Shown here in pieces: positions 37,940-50,388 of a stretch of DNA of 64,000 nucleotides (positions within the stretch are counted from its first letter, which is position 1; each line of letters opens with the position of its first letter). Below the pieces are notes generated by a model that saw nothing but the letters and a program-made list of their open reading frames with translations, was not told where the DNA came from and did no database searches. The stretch is taken from the NCBI GenBank assembly GCA_963700985.1, contig OY969554.1:1600001-1664000 (forward strand), given 5' to 3'. Source of the DNA: an uncultured Chlamydiales bacterium. GTDB taxonomy: Bacteria > Chlamydiota > Chlamydiia > Chlamydiales > Rhabdochlamydiaceae. Both the position numbers and the translations under genes were made by a program.

Positions 37940-38608
37940 ATGCCCGTGGATCTCCCAGCGCCGTCGCATGAAGAGCGGTTTTCTCCAAAATCTGAGAATA
38001 TTCCCATCACTCAAGATCTCTCCGTTACGCTGGATGCTGCTGCCACTATTTCGGATGATGCAGAGGGAGAAATTGCCCAGACTTTTTCAATTCAGAGGCC
38101 AGGAAGAATGTTTGGCGCAGATCCTAATACCTTTGATGTTAATAACGTCGCTCCTTATCAAAAGTTACCAAATGCAACCCCGGCGGAACGGCAAGCGATT
38201 GTCGATATGATGACCACCTTGGCAAACACGCCACTTCTTTTTTTATGGGGAAAACAATCTTACCTTCGCGAGAAAGGGGCTGAGACCAAAAATTTAAATA
38301 CGCTTAAATTTTTGGAAGTTATTCTCACCGACACCACCAATCCAGACTCTGATCAGAATTTAAGACATTGCCTGCAAGAGATCCGCATGAGCGGTTTAAA
38401 ATGGAAAGGCTTTGTTAAAGGTCAAAGCGCGGGTGATGGGATTGGCGGGGCGTTGGATAGAATGGCGGACGCCAAAGAATTAAATCGTTATCTTCCGGGA
38501 TTTTATCGCGCAGTCGGGATTGATCCGACAATTGCGCAGCCTTATGCTGATAAGCGTGATTGGAGCGGGTGGCTCGATGTCCTAATGGGCAGGCCAGCCC
38601 ACAGCTAA
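37940..38608 (+). CDS. Hypothetical protein with shared C-terminal domain
   Basis: NTLKFLE, KWKGF, LNRYLPGFYRAVG. Confidence 0.75.
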   Translation: MPVDLPAPSHEERFSPKSENIPITQDLSVTLDAAATISDDAEGEIAQTFSIQRPGRMFGADPNTFDVNNVAPYQKLPNATPAERQAIVDMMTTLANTPLLFLWGKQSYLREKGAETKNLNTLKFLEVILTDTTNPDSDQNLRHCLQEIRMSGLKWKGFVKGQSAGDGIGGALDRMADAKELNRYLPGFYRAVGIDPTIAQPYADKRDWSGWLDVLMGRPAHS

Positions 38609-39000
38609 ATTGCACGCTGGGTGGTTAAGTAGTCGTAGAGATCTTTCTCGGTGATAATCAGAAAGCTTTTGTGGATTTGACACACCGTCTGCGATGAATC
38701 GATAATTGTCGCATCTCCTACGCCTGGCATGCAGATGGCCGTCAGCGAAGAAGTCGCTTCTTTCTTTTTCAAAATTTTGAGCCCGCGCATGTAATCCTGG
38801 GAGCTGAATCCTTCTTCTTTAACACGAAAGAAGATGAGCTCTTTTTTATACAGTAGAGCTTGAACGGCGTAAGAGATTCCTTGGCTTTCAGCGGGAGGAT
38901 GGCCAAAGAGATCCACGAGTTGAGGCAAAGACTTGCATAGTAGAGGTGTGCAAAAGTCCCCTTTCTCAGCTTCTCCAAAAAGAAATATAGTCTGCCGCAT
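38605..39000 (-). CDS. Small hypothetical protein with a tail-sheath-like motif pattern
   Basis: Clean 131-aa ORF with AGAGGA/GAG upstream; FGEAEKG, LFG.PP, YAV, FFRV, MPGVG. Confidence 0.75.
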   Translation of the reverse strand: MRQTIFLFGEAEKGDFCTPLLCKSLPQLVDLFGHPPAESQGISYAVQALLYKKELIFFRVKEEGFSSQDYMRGLKILKKKEATSSLTAICMPGVGDATIIDSSQTVCQIHKSFLIITEKDLYDYLTTQRAI

Positions 39001-39151
39001 TTAGCATCTCGCTTTTCCTCTTCTAATACTAATAAAATTTTTTTTAAAGCTAGCGCAAAATGCAACCTGTGAATTTTTCCTAAAATGAAGTGAGAAATAG
39101 ACGAAATGGTCCAGTTAATGGGGACAACTACACTTCTCTTGAGAGCGGATT

Positions 39152-39237
39152 TAACGCAAAGGCGCAAAGACGTTAAGCGGCAAGGAATTACAAACAGAAG
39201 ATATTCTTATGTTTTGCGGCTTAGCGTCTTTGCGTTA
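39152..39237. repeat. Intergenic octamer-unit (nCGCAAAG) palindrome
   Basis: TA-ACGCAAAG-GCGCAAAG-ACGTTAAG-CGGCAAGG ... TTTTGCGG-CTTAGCGT-CTTTGCGT-TA. Confidence 0.75.
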
Positions 39238-39253
39238 GTCTTCTCAACTTTGA

Positions 39254-41653
<2,400 letters not shown>

Positions 41654-41657
<4 letters not shown>

Positions 41658-42403
41658 GGAGCCTCGCGCATTAGATACATGAGAATGCCACCGGCTACAG
41701 CTACATTAAGTGACTCCATATTAGTGCGCATGGGAATAGAGAGTGTATGCGCCTCAATTTTGGGTTTGAACTGCACACCATGCGCTTCACTACCCAGAAT
41801 CAAAATTAGGGGGGTCTGGAGATTTTGAGCTTTGACACTTTGACCATCCATATCGGCGATATAAACAGAGAGATTGCTTTTTTCAATTAGCTGGTCGAGC
41901 TCGCCAAAGCTGCCTTCACTAAGAGGAATATGAAAAGTAGCTCCCTTGGCAGCACGCAACGCTTTATCATTAAATGGATCAGCACTTCCTTCGCAAATGA
42001 AGATTCCATCCCATCCAAGAGCGTAGGCTGTGCGGATGAGAGTGCCGAGGTTACCCGGATCGGCAATTCCATCGAGTGCTAGCAGGAACTTTTTTTGCGA
42101 AAGATCGGCGGGTTTGGGCAGCTCCACTTCAGCCGCATAGGGTTCAGGCTGCTCTAAGCCTGTAATTTTTTTTAAGATTTCAGGGGTGACATAATAGATA
42201 TGCGCAGCTTTGACAGGAGGCTGCTCGGCGCCATTTTCTATGAAAAGGGTCTTTAATTGTGTATGCGAAGAGAGCTCGAGAACAAGCTTCGTGCCGACGA
42301 TCAGAGCGCTCTTTTGCTCTTTTCGAAAGGCACGGCTATTTCTTAATTTAACAAAATGTTTAACAATGGGATGTTGTAAACTAGTAATTTCGTATTGTGT
42401 CAC
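41654..42403 (-). CDS. TrmH/SpoU-family RNA methyltransferase
   Basis: DPGNLGTLIRTA, LGSEAHG, IPM, ESLNVAVA. Confidence 0.9.
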
Positions 42404-42414
42404 GTTAGGTAATC

Positions 42415-44286
42415 ATGGCAGATTTTCGATTCTCAAGCAAGAGAGGGACGGGTTCTTTAGCAAGGCGCATTCTCCTCACTACCCTTTGCCTGCTCGTTTT
42501 CCCCCTATTTATCTATATCATTATCGACCTTCAAGATAATTATCGCTCGCGTCTGCGCGATCTTTTTCTATCTCTTGATACGGTGGGCAAGGGACAAGAG
42601 CGCCGAGTGGAAGAGTTTTTGGAGCTGCAAAAGTGCAACCTAAATACATTTACTCTTTTTTTGAATCTGGATAATCCGGACTCAGAAAGCCCTTCGCAAT
42701 TTCAAGCGATTGCAGAGAGTGAAGAGCTCTCTTCGCTTTTTTTTCTAACTGGGACGCAGCTGAGCAATACGTGCGAGATCTCCGCAGATTCGAAAATGGT
42801 GGGTCTTTCTAATCTTTTTCTGCCCGAATTGCAGCAGATGAGTGCAAACAAAACTACGGCATTTTTGGGCTTGAATCCTGTTTCCTTGCAGAAAGAGGTC
42901 TATGTTGTAAAAGCACTGAATGTTTCTTCTGGGGAAAAAGCAGGTTTTTTGATCTCCGGGTATGATGCAGGAAAATTCATTGCTCGACTGAGCATAGGAG
43001 ACGGTTCTTATCTTTTTCAGACAACTCTGCTGACTGAAAGTGGTGAGCCTTTTTTAAGTAGTGATCCCTCATTTTCTTTGGAAAACATCCAGCTCCTTCT
43101 TGCACCGACTGATATCGAAAAAGAAGATAGACCTTTTCGCTATTTTGCCAAACTTGAAGAGAGAAGAAGCTTTCTTCATCTTTTTACCAAAAGTGATGCC
43201 AAGATAGGGATTAAACTCCCGATCGAAGCAAGCTCGTTTGCTTTACTTGTCGATCTTCCAGAACAGAGCTCGTTTGATATTTCTAGATATGAACTTTTCT
43301 ACCGATATATGACGCTTTTTCTTCTACTTTTTGTCATAGGCGGAGGTGTGACCTGGTGGCTGGTAAAGAGGATGGCACGTCCGCTGAGGGCGCTGGCGTT
43401 AAACATGGAACAGGTGGGTGAAGGACGCCTCAGCAGTCATTATAAAAAAGATCCGCTTGGTTTTGAGATCAATCTTTTGGGTGAACAATTTAACGCCATG
43501 CTTGAAGGGGTGGCAAGTTACATTGAAGAGATTAAAAACATTAAGATAGGCAGAGAGCTTCTCTTGCGAGAGTTGAAAATTGGTCACGAGATTCAGAAGA
43601 GCATCTTTCCAAAACAGCTCCCTCATATCGAAAGCCTACAGATCGCTGCGGGATTTCATCCAGCGAATCAAGTTACAGGGGATTTTTACGATCTTTTTCT
43701 CGATTCTTCAAATAACCTAATTCTGACCTTAGGCGATGCTGCAGGTAAGGGGATTCCGGCTTGTCTTTTTGCACTTATCTTGCGCAGCATGCTCAGAAGT
43801 GCTTTTTATACCATGCGTGCACCCATAGATCAGATTATTCAGAGCACCAACCGCCTCTTTTGTATGGATACGCAAGATTCTGGCTATTTCGCTACCGCTT
43901 GGGTCGGAAAACTCGATCTTACCACACGTCAGCTGCATTTCACCTCCTGCGGCCATCTTCCCGGGCTGCTTGTGCGCAAGGATGGCAGGATTGAAGAGCT
44001 AATGACGCCTGGAACTTCACTGGGCGTAGAAGAAAAAATAGAGGTAACTGTTTCAACGGTTGATCTATTTCCGGGAGATCTACTGCTGCTTTATTCTGAT
44101 GGGATTATTGAAGCGCACAACCCAGAACAGAAGCTGTTTGGAAAAGAGCGCTTGCGCGAAGTGATTGGTGATGCGTATGGCATGTCAGCTGAGCAGCTTA
44201 AAGCACACATTTTCAAAGAGATTGAGGCTTTTAGTGAAAATGCCGCTCAACACGATGATCTGATGTTACTGGCCATCCATTTTTGA
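42415..44286 (+). CDS. rsbU: RsbU-like sensor PP2C phosphatase (TM-periplasmic-TM-HAMP-SpoIIE)
   Basis: TGDFYD, GDAAGKG, CGH, YSDGIIEA, HDD; HAMP segment after the second TM. Confidence 0.85.
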   Translation: MADFRFSSKRGTGSLARRILLTTLCLLVFPLFIYIIIDLQDNYRSRLRDLFLSLDTVGKGQERRVEEFLELQKCNLNTFTLFLNLDNPDSESPSQFQAIAESEELSSLFFLTGTQLSNTCEISADSKMVGLSNLFLPELQQMSANKTTAFLGLNPVSLQKEVYVVKALNVSSGEKAGFLISGYDAGKFIARLSIGDGSYLFQTTLLTESGEPFLSSDPSFSLENIQLLLAPTDIEKEDRPFRYFAKLEERRSFLHLFTKSDAKIGIKLPIEASSFALLVDLPEQSSFDISRYELFYRYMTLFLLLFVIGGGVTWWLVKRMARPLRALALNMEQVGEGRLSSHYKKDPLGFEINLLGEQFNAMLEGVASYIEEIKNIKIGRELLLRELKIGHEIQKSIFPKQLPHIESLQIAAGFHPANQVTGDFYDLFLDSSNNLILTLGDAAGKGIPACLFALILRSMLRSAFYTMRAPIDQIIQSTNRLFCMDTQDSGYFATAWVGKLDLTTRQLHFTSCGHLPGLLVRKDGRIEELMTPGTSLGVEEKIEVTVSTVDLFPGDLLLLYSDGIIEAHNPEQKLFGKERLREVIGDAYGMSAEQLKAHIFKEIEAFSENAAQHDDLMLLAIHF

Positions 44287-45159
44287 TTTGGTTCTTATAA
44301 GTTCGTCAAAATGGGGAGAGAGCTCAGGGTGGTTTTTCGCAATCCAGTTCTTGAGCGTCAATGTCGTGTTATAAATATCGTTTTTATAGACTTCACTGCC
44401 AATCCGCGTTTTTTCAATGCGCATCTTGCCGATGTCGATCTGAGCTGCCCTACCTTCGATAAAGCCACAGTTTTTATAAATCATCATGTCATTATCGGTC
44501 ACACCCTGACGTCCCAGGCTTTCTAGCATCGCAAAGATCGAAGAAAGGGCGTTTTTAGCCTCCTCTATCTTTCCATTTTGTAAAAGCTGAGAGATGTACG
44601 GATAGACTAAGTCTGCTTTTTTCTGCACGACAAAGAGGGCACGATCGAGTTCTACCATTTGGTGTTTACCACGCCTGTCGACAACTTCCACATTTTTTTT
44701 CAGGGTATTGGTTGGTGCAAGATGCACATACAGAAGTCCCGTCTCTTCTTTAAAGTGCTTAAAGGCAGTGTCTAAGCTCATAAGAGTAGAGGCATATTTT
44801 CTTTTCTTATACATCCAACGTTCATGCCATGGGCCAAAAGGAAGATAAGCCAGAAAGGAGCTTGGTTCGTAGATGTGAAGCTTGTAAAATTTCAACACAT
44901 ACTGTTTATCTTCACTGAGGAAGACATAGGCTTGAGAGCCTTTACTCAAATAGGAAAATTTCTGCTCTAAAATGCTGCTCGGGATCTCTTCACTAATGGA
45001 TGATGTAATCTGTGAAGAGGATACTTTGCTGTTCTTAACTAGGATGTTTTGAAGTAGGGGTCTTCCACGAATGTTATGTATCGAGTGGTCAATTGTGCGT
45101 AGTCCAAAGGCCAACGCGCAAATCAAAATTAAAATAGGTAAAAATTTCATTTGGGCCAC
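44266..45159 (-). CDS. Hypothetical protein with protein-kinase-like motifs and N-terminal anchor
   Basis: YLSKGSQAYVF, YVLKF, D....KN, IDIG. Confidence 0.65.
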   Translation of the reverse strand: MAQMKFLPILILICALAFGLRTIDHSIHNIRGRPLLQNILVKNSKVSSSQITSSISEEIPSSILEQKFSYLSKGSQAYVFLSEDKQYVLKFYKLHIYEPSSFLAYLPFGPWHERWMYKKRKYASTLMSLDTAFKHFKEETGLLYVHLAPTNTLKKNVEVVDRRGKHQMVELDRALFVVQKKADLVYPYISQLLQNGKIEEAKNALSSIFAMLESLGRQGVTDNDMMIYKNCGFIEGRAAQIDIGKMRIEKTRIGSEVYKNDIYNTTLTLKNWIAKNHPELSPHFDELIRTKSKMDGQ

Positions 45160-46388
45160 AAGGGAGTTTTTTTTAAACGGGAAATAATTTCAGCGGGATT
45201 TTCAATTCCATCATTCACACTAATTCTTTCGCCCTCTTTTAAAAGTAGACCCATCTGTTTTCCAGGGGGAATTCCTTCAGCAATTAACTGTTGAGCACGT
45301 ACGAGAGGAGTTTGAGCGCGCAAACGTAAAATGGCAGGCTGCATGAACTGTATGTTTCCAAGGTGCTCTTCTAAAAAAAGCGCTCGTTCTTTTTCAGGAT
45401 AACGTGCGGCTTGGATGTTCAGACAGAGCTCAGAATGGGGATTTGCATAAAATTCAGCCCATTCGAACTTCTCGAGTTTTTTTTGCCAGGCAAGGGGCAT
45501 GTTAAAAAGAGATCTCGTGCGGTGTAAAAAAGTCACAATCTCGCGTTCTTGATTAGAGAGTTTAAGATAATCGCAGAGTTCGAGATCCTGTTGCAGGCTC
45601 TGTGCGGGGAAGAGTTCAAGTAATTCAGCGATTGCGGGTGTATCTTTCGGAAAAGAATCAATCGGAAGAGTTCTTTTTTCAATTTCTTCTGTAGAAACGC
45701 TAGCTAAACTTGGGAAAATGGTTGAAAGAAGGCCCAATTGATGGAGGCTGACAAGCCCCTTATCGAAATGCGCAAATTGCGACATCTTTTTGAACTCTTG
45801 CCAGACACGTTCCATCGCTACAGCAGGCAGAAGACTGTGGGCGTGAGCCGCGATTGCTTTTAAGGTCTCAGCTTCAATTGGAAAATCGAAACGGGTCGAA
45901 TAGCGCACGGCGCGCATCATGCGCAGACGATCTTCTGAAAAGCGTTCATGTGGGCTGCCTATGGCGCGAATAATCCCTTTACGTAGATCTTTTTCACCAT
46001 CCACAAAATCTAATAGCATTTCGGTCATTGGATCATAAAACATGCCATTGATCGTAAAATCTCGACGCTGGGCATCTTCTTCGGCTGTTGCTTTTTCAAT
46101 GCTAGTTGGCCGCCTTCCATCGACATAGCCGCGCTCTTTGCGGAAGGTAGCTACTTCGAATTGAAAATGGTCTTGCACTACGATCACAATCCCAAAAGCC
46201 ACCCCCACCGGAATTGTTTTAGGAAAGAGCGCTTGGATCTCTTCAACACTCGCGCTTGTCGCAATATCGATATCATCAGAGGGGCGTTTCAGAAGAAAGT
46301 CGCGCACCCAGCCACCTGCAAAGTAGGCAGTGAATCCAGCATTGACAAGTTTTTTAACTACTCGCGTGGCAGCGTCTCGTGCAGGCAT
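45147..46388 (-). CDS. cca: CCA-adding enzyme/poly(A) polymerase family nucleotidyltransferase
   Basis: AGGWVRD, DIDIAT, EVATFR, RRDFTING, EDRLRMMRAVR, ERVWQE. Exact activity cannot be determined by eye. Confidence 0.85.
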   Translation of the reverse strand: MPARDAATRVVKKLVNAGFTAYFAGGWVRDFLLKRPSDDIDIATSASVEEIQALFPKTIPVGVAFGIVIVVQDHFQFEVATFRKERGYVDGRRPTSIEKATAEEDAQRRDFTINGMFYDPMTEMLLDFVDGEKDLRKGIIRAIGSPHERFSEDRLRMMRAVRYSTRFDFPIEAETLKAIAAHAHSLLPAVAMERVWQEFKKMSQFAHFDKGLVSLHQLGLLSTIFPSLASVSTEEIEKRTLPIDSFPKDTPAIAELLELFPAQSLQQDLELCDYLKLSNQEREIVTFLHRTRSLFNMPLAWQKKLEKFEWAEFYANPHSELCLNIQAARYPEKERALFLEEHLGNIQFMQPAILRLRAQTPLVRAQQLIAEGIPPGKQMGLLLKEGERISVNDGIENPAEIISRLKKTPLWPK

Positions 46389-46449
46389 AATTATCTATAT
46401 TTACGATCTTATCATGGTGTAATATGAATCTAAAATGAGTGTACGACTG

Positions 46450-48240
46450 ATGCCTGGCAAGATTCAACTCCTTTCCGAGCAGACCATCAACCAGATTGCG
46501 GCCGGCGAGGTAATCGAAAACCCCGCTTCCGTGGTCAAAGAGCTGGTGGATAATGCCATTGATGCGGGTTCTAAAAAAATTATCATAGAGATCGCAGGCG
46601 GTGGCTTGCAGCTAATCCGTATCAGCGATATTGGCCATGGAATGGGAGAAGAGGATGCTAAGCGCTGTTTTGAACGCTTTGCCACGTCTAAGATCCGCGC
46701 TCTTGACGATCTCTTCCATTTGTCTACCATGGGCTTTCGCGGTGAGGCGCTTGCGGCCATCGCAGCCATTTCAAAAGTCTCTTTGCGCACCTCAGTTCAA
46801 GGGGGAGCGGGAACACTAGTTGAAATCGAAGGGGGAAAAATTATCCAGTGCGGCCGCTCAGCGCATACGCAAGGCACCACAATCGAGGTGCGTTCGCTTT
46901 TTTACAATGTACCTGCACGCAAAAAATTTCAAAAATCCCCTGTTGCGTGCGCGGCTGAAGTTACGCGGATGGTCTCTTTTCTAGCTTTGGCACATCCGCA
47001 TGTCGCTTTTGAGCTCTTGCACCAAGATAGATTAGTTCTCTCTTCTCAACCCTCGATTCATGAGGAGCACCTCGATCGAATTCAGGATGTACTCGGTGAA
47101 GATTTCTTGGCTGGCGGGCTAGTTGTGCATGTGGATGATCATGATCTTAAAGTTAAAGGTTTAATCGGTCAGCCCATGCAGCATAGACCGAATCGCACAG
47201 GACAGTATCTCTTTATTAATGAACGACCTGTGCATTGTCCGCTTATCTCTTATGCGGTGAAAGATGGTTATGGCACGCGGCTTGCATCTGATCGTTACCC
47301 GATCTTTTTCTTACATTTGCAAATTCCCGCTGATGCTTTAGACGTCAACGTGCATCCCCAGAAAAAAGAGGTGAGAATTCACCAGGAAAGACGCATAAAG
47401 GAGCTGGTTCAGCAAGCGATCTCGATGAGTTTGCAGAAGAGCGAAGGCGTAGCGCCTATTTTCCAAGAAACACTGTTCCGAGCGCAAGAATGCTCGCAAG
47501 CGCATTCTTTAGAACAAGCCCCTTTTGAGGCCCCTTTCAACTTCTCTATTCCCAGTTACTCTCTAACAGCTACGCCAACAAATACTTTTAGATATGAAGA
47601 AATCCCTAAAAGAGCTGCTGAATTGGATTTTTCTATACAGCAGCCGCATCCCATTGGGGTGTTTGATCAGTATTTGCTATTGGACAACCTATCTGTATCC
47701 GAGCGAGTGCAAATAGCTGGGTTGGAAGAGGGTCTACTTCTCATAGATCTTTCAGCCGCTCGTAGCCGCGTGCTTTTCGATAGACTCCTCACACAAACCA
47801 GCACTGTCCAATCCCAAGCTCTGCTTTTGCCCCTCACCATCTCCCTAGGGAAAGTAGATGGGGTAAAGCTCGAAGGGCACCTTGAAGAGCTTGAGAAGAT
47901 GGGCCTCGCGATTCGTCCTATCGGAGGCGGCGCCTTTATTGTGGATGCCTTGCCGACTTTTCTTGCGCAAGATAGAGTGAAAGATCTACTACTAAGTTTT
48001 CTAGAAGAGCTTTCTCGTTTAAGTCCTAAAAGCGATGAGAAAACACGAAAATTAGCCCTGCTTGCGGTGCGTGTGGCAAATACTGAAAAAAAGCAGTTCT
48101 CACAATATGAGGCGCTTGCATTATTCGAAGAGCTGATGAAGAGCTCTTCTCCCTACTTTTGTCCTAATGGAAAACCCACAATGATACGGATGACCTTAGA
48201 TGAAATCGCCAAACTCTTTATTGCTAAAAAAACGTCTTAA
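46450..48240 (+). CDS. mutL: DNA mismatch repair protein MutL
   Basis: NQIAAGEVIENPASVVKEL, GFRGEAL, DVNVHPQK, CPNGKP. Start is 46435 or 46450. Confidence 0.95.
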   Translation: MPGKIQLLSEQTINQIAAGEVIENPASVVKELVDNAIDAGSKKIIIEIAGGGLQLIRISDIGHGMGEEDAKRCFERFATSKIRALDDLFHLSTMGFRGEALAAIAAISKVSLRTSVQGGAGTLVEIEGGKIIQCGRSAHTQGTTIEVRSLFYNVPARKKFQKSPVACAAEVTRMVSFLALAHPHVAFELLHQDRLVLSSQPSIHEEHLDRIQDVLGEDFLAGGLVVHVDDHDLKVKGLIGQPMQHRPNRTGQYLFINERPVHCPLISYAVKDGYGTRLASDRYPIFFLHLQIPADALDVNVHPQKKEVRIHQERRIKELVQQAISMSLQKSEGVAPIFQETLFRAQECSQAHSLEQAPFEAPFNFSIPSYSLTATPTNTFRYEEIPKRAAELDFSIQQPHPIGVFDQYLLLDNLSVSERVQIAGLEEGLLLIDLSAARSRVLFDRLLTQTSTVQSQALLLPLTISLGKVDGVKLEGHLEELEKMGLAIRPIGGGAFIVDALPTFLAQDRVKDLLLSFLEELSRLSPKSDEKTRKLALLAVRVANTEKKQFSQYEALALFEELMKSSSPYFCPNGKPTMIRMTLDEIAKLFIAKKTS

Positions 48241-49273
48241 AAAACTGGTAGACTATCTCGCCGAGCAGAAGCTAGAGGGTTGCATCGTCCAGGCCCCAAT
48301 CGATCTCTACTATCTCACAGGCCTCGAGCTATCTTTAGGCTCTTTGTGCGTCTTTAAAGGAAAAGGCTGCCTTTTTGTCGATGGACGGTACATTCAATCT
48401 GCCAAAGAAAAGTGCCCGATCGAAGTTGAGCAAACAGAAGAGAAGAAAATCCGTGCTTTTGCAGAGAGTTCCCGCATTCAAAGTATTGCCTTTGATGCCC
48501 AAGGCACTTCATACACGCAATTTGAGAAGCTAAACTTGCTTTTTCCGAAAATTAAGCTTGTACCTGTGAATGGACTTTTAAGAGAGCTGCGCCTGGTCAA
48601 AGACGCTTATGAACTAGCGGCCATGCGCAAAAGCGCTGCTCTTCTCTGGAAAGGGTATCTGCATATTAAGAAAAAACTCAAAACCGGCATTACGGAACTG
48701 GCCCTAGCTCGAGAATTTGAGATTTTTTCTCGTTTGAATGGAGCTGAAAAATTAGCTTTTGACCCGATCATCGCCTTCGGAAAAAATAGCGCGATGCCTC
48801 ACTACCATCCAGCAGACACCAAGCTCAAGAAAGGCGATACCGTGTTAATCGATATCGGCGTTTCAGTCGATGGCTACCATTCTGACATGACACGCACGCT
48901 TTTTTTTGGCACGCCCGATCCGCGCCTGAAGAAGTGGGCAGAAATCGTGAGAGAAGCGCACGATGCGGCCTTAAAAATTTGTAAGCCAGGGATTAAAGCT
49001 GGAGAGCTAGATGAAGCAGCAAGAAAAGTTATGCGCAGAGAGAAGGTTGAAGAGTACTTTTTACATAGCTTAGGCCACGGTATTGGTCTAGAAACGCATG
49101 AGTCCCCTCGTCTGAAATTTAACGGTGAAGATAAAAATCTTCTGCTGAAGCCTGGAATGATTATTACAATTGAGCCTGGGCTCTACCTAGCTGGTAAGGG
49201 TGGGATTCGCCACGAAAACACTATAATTCTCACGAAGAGCGGACACGAGAATCTTTATAAGGGTGAAAGATGA
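48200..49273 (+). CDS. pepP: Xaa-Pro aminopeptidase (M24)
   Basis: SAMPH, DIG, SDMTRT, HSLGHGIGLETHE, TIEPGLY, GIRHE. Confidence 0.9.
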   Translation: MKSPNSLLLKKRLKKLVDYLAEQKLEGCIVQAPIDLYYLTGLELSLGSLCVFKGKGCLFVDGRYIQSAKEKCPIEVEQTEEKKIRAFAESSRIQSIAFDAQGTSYTQFEKLNLLFPKIKLVPVNGLLRELRLVKDAYELAAMRKSAALLWKGYLHIKKKLKTGITELALAREFEIFSRLNGAEKLAFDPIIAFGKNSAMPHYHPADTKLKKGDTVLIDIGVSVDGYHSDMTRTLFFGTPDPRLKKWAEIVREAHDAALKICKPGIKAGELDEAARKVMRREKVEEYFLHSLGHGIGLETHESPRLKFNGEDKNLLLKPGMIITIEPGLYLAGKGGIRHENTIILTKSGHENLYKGER

Positions 49274-50388
49274 AAGTTCGCGAAAGGTTATTTCTTCGAG
49301 TTGGAGGACTATTTTTTGTCGTCTTTTCTGCCTCAATGCTATTGCAATATCAGATTATCTCTAAAATTTTTCTGCGCGCAGAAAAAAAACTGCATGCGGA
49401 TTTTGTACAGTTTGACGAGCAGAAGTTGAATTCAGAACAGGCTGCATCTGCTCTTGTAAACAGGATCGAAGCAGGTATAAGTGAGGTTCTTCATGACATC
49501 TCCTTTGAGATGCGCCTTGTCGCGTGCGGAGCTCTGGTTTTGGTGCTTCTTTTACTACACAATATCGCAAGACAACTGACGCGCCCCATCATGGGGCTTG
49601 CGCGCGCAGCAGGCGAAATTGAGAAGGGAAAATTGGATGGCATCATTCTTCCGAAGCTCTCTCCAAAGCGTAGAGATGAGATTGCTGCCTTGCGCAATGC
49701 TTTTGAGAATATGATCATCGGACTCAAAGAGAAAGAAAAGGTCAAAGGCGTACTCAATAAGGTAGTTTCTCCTGAAATTGCAAACGAAATCTTAAAGGGA
49801 AATGTGCATCTCGGTGGCGAAGAGCGAATTGCAACTACCTTTTTTGCCGATATCCGCAATTTTACGCACATGACACAAAACATGACTCCGGAAGAAGTCA
49901 TTAACATGCTTAACGCCTGCATGACTCGCGTCTCGCGCGTGATCGATGCGCACGGCGGAGTGATCGATAAGTATGTAGGGGATGAGGTGATGGCGCTTTT
50001 TGGTGCGCCAATCGAGCATCCTGAGAGTCCTCTCAATGCAATACGTTGTGCTCTAGAAATAATAGAAGAATTAAAGCGTTGGAATGAAGAGCGTAAAACT
50101 CAGGGACTGCCGGCTATCGAAATGGGAATTGGTTTACATACAGGTCCGGTGCTCGCGGGAAATATGGGCGCAGAAAATCGCCTTAATTATACGGTCTTAG
50201 GGCGAAGTGTAAACCTAGCCGCTAGGCTCTGCTCGGCTGCTAAACCGATGCAAATTCTAATCTCCAAACAGACACTTGAGGTCGATGTTGTAAGTGGGCA
50301 TATCGAAGTAGATGAGCTCTCTCCTATGGAGTTAAAAGGCTTCGATCAAGCCATTGTTACCTTGTCTGTTAAAGGGGAGAAGAAATGA
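49270..50388 (+). CDS. Membrane-bound class III adenylate/guanylate cyclase with HAMP domain
   Basis: FADIRNFT, IDKYVGDEVMALFGAP, IGLHTG, YTVLG.SVNLAARL; two TM helices and HAMP. Confidence 0.9.
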   Translation: MKVRERLFLRVGGLFFVVFSASMLLQYQIISKIFLRAEKKLHADFVQFDEQKLNSEQAASALVNRIEAGISEVLHDISFEMRLVACGALVLVLLLLHNIARQLTRPIMGLARAAGEIEKGKLDGIILPKLSPKRRDEIAALRNAFENMIIGLKEKEKVKGVLNKVVSPEIANEILKGNVHLGGEERIATTFFADIRNFTHMTQNMTPEEVINMLNACMTRVSRVIDAHGGVIDKYVGDEVMALFGAPIEHPESPLNAIRCALEIIEELKRWNEERKTQGLPAIEMGIGLHTGPVLAGNMGAENRLNYTVLGRSVNLAARLCSAAKPMQILISKQTLEVDVVSGHIEVDELSPMELKGFDQAIVTLSVKGEKK

